Assembly: GCA_973851085.1 (NCBI GenBank)
Contig: OZ316776.1
Coordinates: forward strand, 930,001-994,000
Direction of reading: 5' to 3'
DNA: 64,000 nt
From: Ptychomitrium polyphyllum
Lineage: Eukaryota
Below are positions 14,651 to 26,083 of the stretch, one piece after another. The position numbers and the translations under genes are program-made. Every line of letters begins with the position of its first letter. The stretch's first letter is position 1. Below the pieces are notes generated by a model. It worked only from the letters and a program-made list of their open reading frames with translations. It made no database searches and was not told the DNA's origin.

Positions 14651-16667
14651 CATGGCCAAGCCTGCCATGGTTACTTTTTGGCCATGGACACAATTAGCAA
14701 ATGCAGGCTTGTGTGTTTCAAAACTGGAAAGCTGTACAACAGTCTCCATAGCTGGGCCACTGATTGCACTCCTTTGCATGTCTTCATTTGAGTGGACTAC
14801 CATAGCAGTAATTTGTGCACAGTATTACTGTGTGTGTAAGTTACAAACTAAATTAACTTCGAATCATGTTCATTTTGTTATTTATTGCTATTTAGCCACA
14901 ATTCATTTGTACCGCTCTGCACTTGTCACAGAAAAATCATCAATACCTTTGCCACTTTGGGAGCCCTGTACTTGAAAGTGTAGGCCAGCTCCCACAAACA
15001 GCCATTGATCCTATTGACTGATGCTGTACAACCTTGTGACACTGTTGTTGTTTGTATTTTGTCAAAGGGCCACACTTTCGTTTACAGTGATGTGTCTATA
15101 ATTGTTGCCTTTGCTGGTTGGTGGGAGTTGTAAAGGAGGTGGACCACAACTACATTACGCCTCTTTATGGCATGCATTAATAGTTTTAATCCTAAGCATT
15201 GTAATTGTGTGACAGGCATTTGCAGTGACTACCCTTTTATTTTGGTCCAAATGGAGTTTGTTTCACTGAAAGAACAAACAACCCCTGACCAGAGGCACAA
15301 GTCCTTGGCGAAAGAATGAGAACTGATAATTTGAGCACTAGGCCATTGCATAAGGTTGTATTCTTTTCTGGTCTGTGAATAGCAAGAGGGCCTCTCCTGT
15401 TTTTTCCTTACAAGACCCATAAAAGTAAAAGACAAAAAACAAGATTAAATTTTAAAAAAAACAAATAAAAAGGAAGAAGAAAAAACAGAAAAAAGAGAAG
15501 AGTAATGTCCTTTTCAATGATTTTATGATTGCAATAATTTGACCATTGTATTGACCTTTCTCAAGAGTCACACCCATTATTATCATTATTCTTAAAACCA
15601 ACATTAATACAAGATTTTATACCACTCTGCATACTAATTTTAGTAAAAAATTGTAAATTTAGTGAAATAACATTTCAATACTCTTCTATTTATAGTGATG
15701 TATTTTTAAAAGTTGGTGCTTATCTATTAATTTTCATATATATGATTGTGTTATTATTCAGACTAATTTGGGTGGTGTAACATTAGTAAAAGCCACATCC
15801 TACCTATATTATCATACTTACTTAATTATTTCAAGAATTTTGAACAGATGTGACTCACACTCTCTTCTAGTTTTAAACTAATATGAGACTTCTACAATTA
15901 CCATGACTCACAGTAATGCCAATAATTGGTGTCCTTGTATTACACAGCTTGCAACAACCCAAAGGGTCTCAGAAACATCCAAGATGTGACATATGCAATT
16001 AGGTACTGTATTCAAGTAAAAACCAGGGTATGTATTTGAAAACTGGGACACTTAACATATTGATAAAAAATCCAACTGCCTTCTGGAAATTACAGACAGT
16101 AATTGAACTGCACACAATTTCAACATGATCTCTTGGCACATGGTCTCAGAAGCCAGCATGTGGAACCGATTCTACTGGAATATTAAAGCAAGGAATCAGG
16201 AAGACTATCCCAATGCCCAGCTAGCAAAGTTTGATTGATACTTGACATTACAATCTGGGTCCCAACAGTCACAATTATTCCAAAGTGGAGGCATAGACAA
16301 CTTGCAGCTCCTCCTCTACAGCCTTGACTAAAACAGAAGACTTTGTAGAGCTCCCTAGGTATGTACAAATTAGAAAGAAATACACAGAGAGGGTGTGATA
16401 GAAATAGCCTGCCTAATGCTGCACCAAAATTGTGTTCAGTAACTTGCAAGCATAACCATTCAGAGCAGCACTGCAGCTGTCTTGTGAACATCCACCTTGC
16501 GAGGACAGCCTGACTTGAGGTGAGTAGTTGCCATGATGTGCACAGTGGGATCCAATGCAAGCTAGCATGCAAAAGAGATTTAACTTACTGTATCACTACA
16601 CCTCTAGCCAAGGGAGCTTTGTAGCAGGCTCTTTACGGCCACTTCAGCACACATGAAATTTACTTAA

Positions 16668-17180
16668 CCCTTAGAGGACGCTTATCATCTCATGTTTTGA
16701 AGCTTTATAGAGTTTCATTCTTGAATGCTACTCACATGAAACAACTTGGGAACCAATGTGCAAATGGAAGTCGTGGAGTTTGAACTGTAGTTTGTATGTA
16801 TACCACCCATGTCTTTGTATGTGATTACAACTGGAAATCCAAAGTTCTTTCTAAAACCCATTCCAACGAAACGTCAACAAATCTTCACTAAGTTTTGTTG
16901 CATTGGATCTAAAATGTGATACTCCAAATAAGGTGTTTATGAAATGTTTAACCCAAAAACTCAGACCATTATGTGTTTAACATTTTAGCTTGACAAATGT
17001 CTACTTCTACTTCATTGATTGTAGAATGTAGATACAAAGTCGGATTTAGAATCCACATTGTTGAGGTGATGGCTTAGAACTCGGTTGACCTTAGCAAAAA
17101 AAAGTAGATGGATGGAACACCTATGCATTTTCCAGAGATATTATGGAAGTAAAAGCATTCATCAACCACTTATTGGTTCT
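16668..17180 (+). repeat. Left long terminal inverted repeat (~510 bp)
   Basis: Reverse complement of 20546-21059 with long perfect stretches, e.g. CCCATGTCTTTGTATGTGATTACAACTGGAAATCCAAAGTTCTTTCTAAAACCCATTCCAACGAAACGTCAACAAATCTTCACTAAG, plus a few indels. Confidence 0.95.
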
Positions 17181-17749
17181 TACCTACATTAAGGATTAAG
17201 GTAGGAATTATTGAAACATTGAAGGATCTATATCAATTCTATACATAGGTATGTATGTTCATTACACAATCTTCCACCTCCAAAAATGCATCATTCTAAT
17301 AAAGGTACTTAAATATTTATGAAGCAATTGATGTATGTAATAGTTATACGTCTTACATGTTCTACTTATTGATGCACTTTAAAATTCGGAAAATTAGCAA
17401 CGGATTTATTCAAGAACCCAAGGAAATCAACTTCAAAAATCCGTTAAAAATTCACACAAAGTGCAAAGAATATGCGTTCTTTTAATTCGGTTTTCAAACC
17501 TTGAAATCTATCTATTGCAACTTATCCATCCATCCATCTAAACTTATTCATCCATCCACCTCAACTCATTCATCCATCCATTGCAACTTATTCCAAAACG
17601 AGGGACACTGTCTCACGCGTGGTAACGAGCTCAACCTGACTGGATAAGCACCCGCTACCTTACATGATAATTTGTAAAGTTTGTGTGAACCAGATTTGAC
17701 TTTCCAAACTGGCCTTGCAACGAACGAATGAATCTCATGTTAGCTGGAG

Positions 17750-17852
17750 GATTAAACCTTAGAGGAAGTCCATCCATTTTGGAGATTAAACCTTAGAGGA
17801 AGTCCATCCATTTTGGAGATTAAACCTTAGAGGAAGTCCATCCATTTTGGAG
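17750..17852. repeat. 34 bp tandem repeat x3 inside the TIR element
   Basis: GATTAAACCTTAGAGGAAGTCCATCCATTTTGGA occurs three times with identical copies. Confidence 0.95.
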
Positions 17853-20545
17853 CCCGTCTTAAAGACGATGCAGAGCTGTGTGCAGACTGGGGCACGGTAC
17901 ACTTCATGCCAGAAAAGAGCAGGAGAGACATTCCTCATGGAACTTTTCAGATCTGTCTCTATTGAGTCCCCTGAGGGCTCAATAGATCATCGGAGGAGCA
18001 CCTCTGCAGGGCCCAGCTCTACATGGCACCCTCCTTAATCAACAGCGCCACAGAGGCTTTTCTGTCCTCATCAATTTTCCGGTCTGTGTGCTGTTTTGGA
18101 AAAACTTATGCTCCTATTCGGATTCTCAACTCAAATTTGCGTTGTAGGATCCAGAACTAAAATTCAGACAACCAATGAGAGTTGTTTAAGTGTTAGTGAA
18201 AGCCCCACTTGACGACAGCAAAACAAGGGGCGAGTTTGTTGATGTTCTTTCTTTTCCATAATGGAAAGGGTGTGGTTTAAGCAACTACTTTAAGATTTAC
18301 TTCCACTTATTATTGGCGCTGTTTGAAAATTTGAGAGAAGAATAGAGGTTGATCCTTTGCTCCTAAGAGGAAAATTGTTTGTGAAAGGCTTTTTTGAAAA
18401 GGCTCATTTGGTGTCAGTTTTGAGTGTGATGTTTTGAAATTGTTTTCGAGGTACGGGAATTTGTTGTAAAGCAAAAAGTAACTTGTGATTTTGCTTTCAG
18501 ATTTTTTAAGAGATTCTAATCAAAAGTTGAAAAGCTAATGAGTCGTAAAATGAACCTTTAAAGATTAATATTTATATAATGATATTTTTTGCAAAAGATG
18601 CATATGTGTATGTGCAAATATTCATGCATTTTTTTATTTTTTTATTTGAGGCACTTCAATTTTTTATGTTATAGTCCAATAACTTCATGGAAGGTTTGAT
18701 AGAATATTCATTGACTTTCTTCAAATTTTCATGGAATTACTCTAATTTTGAAGTCCATGTCTTTAAAAATTAGCATGTGAATTCGATGATGCAAATAATA
18801 GTTAATTGATCAACTATAGAGTCGTATGCTTGTTTTAAATGCCAAACTTCAATAAACTGCAAAATAAAGGTCATAGTTGCATTTATCAATTGCAAATAAT
18901 TATAATAACTATTAAAATATATATAAATTTGAAAACAATACTACCAAATAGGATTTTTTTGAAAAATTTGGAAATCTTTGGATGAATTAATTATAACTTT
19001 AATTATATGCTTTTTAGCATCTCAATCTTGTAAATTTTTAATAGAAATTATGTTTTAATTTCAGTCAAATTGGAAAAATCTATAATCATATAAAAGAACA
19101 CAAAAACCATGGTGATATCTCCTAGATAGATAACAACTATAAATTACTCAATTTCATTGCATTCCCAATTAATTTTAATGAAATAATAATCAAACTCGAT
19201 AAACCATCTTTCATTAATTGTGCTCAATCACAATAAAAACTATTCCATTTATCAAAATTGTATATTTCAAATGTAGATTAGATTCTTAAAAAATACCGAT
19301 AAACAATATTGATTTTATTGAGATATATTGAATGATGAATGAAAAATTAATGAAAGATGTCAATGATCAAAGAATGAAATCAACATTAAAAAAATATAAA
19401 TAAGCTGTAGTATAAATGTGAAGTATTGGACTAGGTTAATAAAATGAAAATCAATAAAATTAGTAAGATATCATCAAGAAGATATATTTTAAAAATTTAT
19501 CCTTGGAATTTCATCAACACATTCCCATTTATTATTTTATATAGAAAAGAATCTATAACATCAATTTATTACTTAATACTTTTAATGTTTCCACGTTGAA
19601 ATATCTGTAAATGTGAATCTCACATTCATTATAAAAAGTATTGGTTCATAAACTATATCTTTCAACCATTAACTATCATTATGTCCTACAACATCTAACT
19701 TCTAATAAACAATAAAGAGTGACCAATTCCTTCTTCCGCACTTCTAAGCTTTCCAAAAAATCATCCTGTACAAAACATCTCTTAAGAAGCTAAAACATAT
19801 TGCTTCAGTACATAATAAAAAAAAAACATGTGTGCAACAGATGTCACATGTATTCTATGTCCAAATCACATTGTTTCACTACCTATCTTTTTGACAAAGT
19901 AAAACAAAAATTCCTTTTTACACTTAAACTATACAAAAATAATAATTATTCTTCTATAGCTTGCCACAAAATTAACATACCAAACGTTTCTGTTACTTTG
20001 AACTATACTCCATTCCTAAACAACTATTATGTAATTTCTGCTATAAGATGGAATGCGGATGTAAGGTAAATGTAAGTTTGGCAATTATATGAGAAGAAAA
20101 GCACTGACCCCATTAAATATATAAGAGTGGGAATGATGGCTTTATTGGAATTGTTATAAACACAACATCTTTTTCTCCTGCATCCTACACCTACGTTACA
20201 TATAGATGCCTAGCATGTAAGCATAATATCGGAATGTACTGATATGATATAATGTTGCAACTGTAGATTACAAAGGACACTACAGACGTAAAAGAGTAAG
20301 TTTGCAATAAGTCCAGAAACATTAGAATATGGTGTTGAATAACTTCATGAAGAGTGGCATTGAAGAAGACTTGAAACGAAAGCCTTTACCTCAAGGGGAA
20401 AATCAGCAAGAAATCTGCTTTCAGAGGCACTGTGATTGATGAGCTGCACGAAAAGCGTTGTCAGTTCAATGTTATGTGTTGTGGCCTGACATACTACCAG
20501 ACTACCAGACTTATCCACACATTCCCATGTGCAACCTTAACCATG

Positions 20546-21059
20546 AGAACCCGTAAGTGGTTGATGAATGCTTTTACTCCCATAATATCTCTGGAAATGC
20601 ACAAGTGTTCCATCGCTCTACTTCCATCCATGGAGAGGTTGCCAAGGTCAACCGAGTTCTAAGCCATCACCTCAGCAATGTGGATTCTAAATCCGACTTT
20701 GTATCTACATTTCTCAAGCCAAAATGTTAAACACATAATGGTCTGAGTTTTTTGGGCTCATGGTTCTATGCAACTGAAACATTTCATAAAACACCTTATT
20801 TGGAGTATCACATTTTAGATCCAATGCAACAAAACTTAGTGAAGATTTGTTGACGTTTCGTTGGAATGGGTTTTAGAAAGAACTTTGGATTTCCAGTTGT
20901 AATCACATACAAAGACATGGGTGGCATAGATACAAACTACAGTTCAAACTCCACGACTTCCATTTGCACATTGATTCCCAAGTTGTTTCATGTGAGTTGC
21001 ACACAAGAATGAAACTCTATAAAGCTTCAAAATATGAGATGATAAGCGTCCTCTAAGGG
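20546..21059 (-). repeat. Right long terminal inverted repeat (~510 bp)
   Basis: Reverse complement of 16668-17180. Confidence 0.95.
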
Positions 21060-24000
21060 TTAATCTTATACAGTATCTATACTCTATAATGTGCAATTCA
21101 TTGCTCCAAGAAGCCCAAGTTCACACACAGGAAGACTCATCATAGTCGAGCACAATTTTACTGAGGCAGAGAATTAAAAAGGTGGAGTTTTTGCACTATG
21201 CCAAAAGTCCAAGCTCTGCCAGGACCTGAACTAGGCAGAGTGGCCACGGTCTTGAGTTGTAGAAATACTTTAAAACATACAAATCATGGCCTTTGGGGAT
21301 TTATATCGTGATCCTCCAGACTTTAAAGCTGAAATCGAGAAAGTTCATGTAAAGTTGGAAAAATAAATTTGTGAAAGATAGAGAGCCAAAGAAAATTGCA
21401 TAGAGTATTGAAATGGACACAGGAACGTGTTCAAACATATGACCAATCATCATTGAGAAATTTTAATTTTGAAGCTTGGTAGTTTTAACTATAAGAGGTG
21501 CAACCCAGATAAAATTTAGCTGATAAATATTAAGGATATTGTGATTTTGCTTAACTTTTGATAGGCTAAGGACCTTGAATATATGGGTATAATATAATGG
21601 AAAAAAAAAATTGAATTTTTAGAGAAAGTTTGATGTCTCATATTTGGGAAACTTAAGAGTCTCATTTACAAATTTAGTTCTTAGTACTAAAACCCTAAAG
21701 TTATTGTTAAATAGGCATATTGGTGGATAATGCTATGTAGTACAAGGGCGTATTACGAAGGCATAATGGAGAATTTATGGCTCCAGTGAATCAAATTGTT
21801 AGTGCAATTGGCTTTTGGACCTCAATTGGACCTCAGTTGAACTAACATTTTGCTTGACTCCAGCATCTTCACCTCTCATACAAACTTGATGATAAAGAAA
21901 CAACCTCCAGTACTACAAATTAAATGTTTTTTTTTATAAAGAAATTTAATTTTGTGCTCATTTGATTTTCTTAGAAATAAAAAAATTACAAAGTTTCCAG
22001 GGGACTCAAGTTAGTCTCAACAATTCATGTTTTACAACTCATGATATGTCCTTGGTTGAACAGTGAGTACTATGGAGATTTCTCTTGACTCCCTGAATCA
22101 TTTCCGTGCTTCATATTAAGTAAAGTCTCTCAAAGTTGTCCCTCTGGAATAATGTATTTTGGACTTGTTGCTGTTTTTGTTTTTAAACACTTTGTTGTAT
22201 CTCCGATGTCGACAATCCTCAACCTTTGCAACAAAACTTCAGTTTAGCTGTGTGTTGTATGTAAGGAAAGGTGCAAAGCAACATAGAGCAAGATGCAACC
22301 CATTAATGCCTAGCATACTCCCAGACAAATAAGTTGTAGCAACTGAACCTACTGTAGTGATCTTAGACCAAGTGGAAGTTATGGTTTGAATGAATCATCA
22401 GTGGGTTTCACACACCACTGAACATGCCACAAATAACAGTCAAATTTGGTCTCTCCTGAAAATGCACGAGCCAATCATCTTCCTTCCTCAAAGCATAGCT
22501 TTTGAAGCCGCTAACCTGATTCCTCAAGTATTTCTTTCTGCACAAACAAACAAACAAACCATGGTAGGATTGAACTGGACAGCATTTACAGTTACAAGCC
22601 TTCAACAGTTTCTTGCAAGAAAACCACCTCATCAAGGAAGTTTTGAGAATACCCATAAAATCAAATAAGGACTTCTCAGCAATCACAGGTCTACATGCAT
22701 AGAATGTTCCAAGTCCTTGCTTTAAAGTTGAAACTACTTTTAGTGTTTCAATCTCTTTATAAGAACTTTGATCTATATTAGTAAAATTAAATCGATGTGC
22801 AAAAGTTGATCATTAATTTTTATAATTCTAAAAAGGTTCTTCTAACTCCTATAAGTTTTATTTTACTACAAAAATGATCACATTCTACCTTTTAAACATC
22901 CATTTACAATGTATTTATACATTTGTGTTTTTCAAATATAGGCCTTTTCAAGACTTTGAAAGATAATTAAATTGCTTTAAGTTCATGAACACCTTGTGAT
23001 ATAAAAAATTTATAAGCATTAATGACAATACTTACATATATGGGTATTTTAGCTATAATTACAATATTGAATGTTTATGATTGTGATACCATATAAATCT
23101 CATTAGCCATAAATGTCCCAAATAATTAGAATTAGTTAATGAATTCAAAAATATATTGATTTACATTAAAATGCATATTTAACTTATGTTGTGCATAATA
23201 TTAAACAATGACACTTCATATATGTTAAGTTCATACAGGTTCAGAGTTATTAAACTAAAAATTCATTGTTAACTCATCCAGACATATTTTATTCATAGGT
23301 GAATGAGGTATTAATACAATAGTCATACTTGATCCTAATATCACTTGATTCTAAAGCAGAAGACAATCTTCATTAGTTATGGTCCAATTAAGATCATATG
23401 CAACACAATATAGATGAGGGTTCATTCTGATTTTCATACATAAAAGTCTACTCAACACGTAAAAATACTGTTTTCCAAAACTTAATCTTCACAACTAAAC
23501 TAAGCCATCTGCAATAGTTACAATTCTAAAGAAACTTCCAATTCAATGGGCTATAAATTCCACAAAGCATGTAGCAAAAAGATTGATGTGTTACTGTTTA
23601 TTCCACATCATAATATGCATAAATTTTCTTAGTGATCCCTCTAAATGCCTTCTTCTACTAAGAGTGAAGTTTCCTTATCAAAACCTTATTTACATGAGGA
23701 TTAAAAAAGTTTGTATGTTAAAGCATCAAAGTCACGCTTTTACTACCATTTATTCCAGTTTCACCCATGGCAGTGGTCCTGACTCCTGAGCGCCGAAAAT
23801 CGACTTGGGGATCTTGGTGTTTATAAAATAAAAACAGCATGAAACAAACACGTCTGCTGCACTGAGAGTTTCATCATCTGACACAATCTCAGACTACGAA
23901 AGCAGGCGAAACTCATTTGTGGGTGTGAAGAAGAGTAGAGGGCTGGACGGAATATGTGGAGGTTGGAGCGAGTGAATGAATGAATGCAAGCAGGGTGGAG

Positions 24001-25714
24001 CATGTGCAGGCTGTCTTTTGTTGGCAAAGCATGTGCCGACACAATGGCCCACTCACATATCTGGCAGGTGATCATCCATCACGTACAGACATGTAGCAAG
24101 GACAATTCTGTGTCGAAGGCTGGAGAAATCATTTACCACTAAACTTCGTCCATCCAATCATCTGGCTTGGGTTTGATTGCAGTGACTGTGGTGGGGTAAG
24201 TGAAAAAGCCTGGGTCTGGTTCACTTCGTTGAAACTGGGCTGTCAAACTGCGCCACTTGGAACTGAAGCTGATGAATTATTGTACGACACCTTATTCATC
24301 CCAAGGTGTAAGCACTGAACTCATCACACAGTAACTGAACAATTCTGTGCTTTTTGGTGGTCTAGTTAATTATTCTAGTGTATGCTGTATGGCATATAAC
24401 TGCATTCTGCATGTTAAAAATCTTTCTTTCAAGCGCTCCCTCTTGTTTCCTGTATATTCCATCCTCTGGGAGAAACTTGGTGTGTGAAAAATTCAAATAA
24501 ACAAATAAAGAAATAACTCTCACTTGTTCCTATTGATGTTGAAGAAGGCAGATCATCAGATACTGACTATTTTCGCGAGTTGGTAACATGCAAGGACTAG
24601 AACTTAGAGGAAAGACAAAGAAGTATGTATATGATTTGGTCTGTTGGGCTAAAGTGCCAGGGCACAAATATTGTACAACTTGAATGTCAGAGTTGATTTT
24701 CCGGTGCTATTGCACTACCCTTACAATGCATATGCTTGAGCATGAGTTACCTGTGTGTCCTTGCTGCCCGACCACGTCCCTGACAGTTCCCCTGCCCTTG
24801 GTCGGTCAGATTGTCTCTTTATGGGAACATGAAGCGCACCCAAAGCCTTGAGTTCCTAGATAAGTTCATTGCAAACATGATACTCTTCGGCCCGTACACA
24901 GGACATGCACATAGAATGTTCACCAACAATAATCCTATGGATGTATGAGACTTTGTTTGCCATAGAGAGAGATGGTTGGTGTAAATTCTCCAAGAATGAA
25001 ATTCAACCTGCATACTTTGAACTGATCTTCTCTTGAAAATCAAAACTTCAACAGCAGTTTTATAACATTAAGTTCATTCTATCAGATCCAAAAGAAGTAT
25101 GACAGTAAAGATATCTGCAAATGTTTAGGGGCAATCCTGCAATTTTTGACAAGAGATTCAAAGATAGTAAATTTTTGGAAGCATAGGGAAAAGCTTAGAA
25201 AACCACCAAAATATAACTAAAAATACTTTTGCTTTGTTTTCTCTATGGCTCATGAGAAGCTGTGGAGCAGTATTTTGCCCACATAGCAACCAAGGGCTGA
25301 CTCATAGCAGGACTTCATCCACTCCACCAGGTTGCCTTCATATGGTAACACTTGTTCATGAGATTAGAAGTTTCTGGAATCACGTGACTTAGCTGCAAAG
25401 TACCCAGGTGGAAAATGTGGTGACTTTGGCATCACAATCAATTCTGATATCGAAACTATGGCTTTGAAAGAATTCAGAGATTAAATTCAAAGAGATTCAA
25501 ACCAAATATTTGTCTTGTAATTGAACCTTATAACTAATTGCAATCTCCTACCAAATTGCAAATAACAGGTTAAAGTAATGATCGCAATCCAAAAGATCCT
25601 TGAAAAATTGATCAATAGCTTGTTCTTGGATTCTAAACTTTTGATTTGTTCAAAAGTTGAATTAAACAATTTTTCCTTATACATGTCTCTTTAAATCGAA
25701 TTGAAATGTACTGG

Positions 25715-25782
25715 ATGTTTTTAATGTAAATATGTTTTTAATGTAAATATGTTTTTAATGTAAATATGTTTTTAATGTAAAT
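25715..25782. repeat. 17 bp tandem repeat x4
   Basis: ATGTTTTTAATGTAAAT x4. Confidence 0.9.
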
Positions 25783-25962
25783 AAGTAGTAGTTGGAAACT
25801 TAACTCTTAGAAACATGGTTACTTTGGAGTGTGAAACGTAATAGTGAAAGTGAAAGATGAAAATTTCAATTGTATGATCTTGTAGTGGACTTGTTGAAGA
25901 TGATGTAGATCAAATTTGAACAGAAAAAGAAAAAACAAAACAGTTCTTTAAACTTTCAATTA

Positions 25963-26083
25963 TTTGATGTAACAAGAAATTTTAAAACTATTTAGTAAAT
26001 TTCTTGTTACATCAAACCATTACTAACCATTACTAAGTATGCTTTATTAACCATTACTAACCATTACTAAGTATGCTTTATTT
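25963..26083. repeat. 20 bp perfect inverted repeat followed by a ~34 bp direct duplication
   Basis: TTTGATGTAACAAGAAATTT ... AAATTTCTTGTTACATCAAA (25963-26016), then CCATTACTAACCATTACTAAGTATGCTTTATT twice. Confidence 0.85.

Larger units (their letters stand above)
16668..21059. mobile_element. Non-autonomous or decayed TIR DNA transposon with TTAA flanks (piggyBac-like ends), 4392 bp
   Basis: Left end TTAA|CCCTTAGAGGACGCTTATCATCTCA (TTAA 16664-16667). Right end TGAGATGATAAGCGTCCTCTAAGGG|TTAA (TTAA 21060-21063). The inverted similarity extends ~510 bp inward and stops exactly at TTAA outward. No intact transposase ORF is visible inside. Confidence 0.85.

Noticed and set aside
17615..17660. 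tRNA A-box-like GAGCTCAACCTGACTGGATAAGC
   Set aside because: No cloverleaf or B-box follows.
17750..17852. 34 bp repeats as a CRISPR array
   Set aside because: Head-to-tail copies without spacers.
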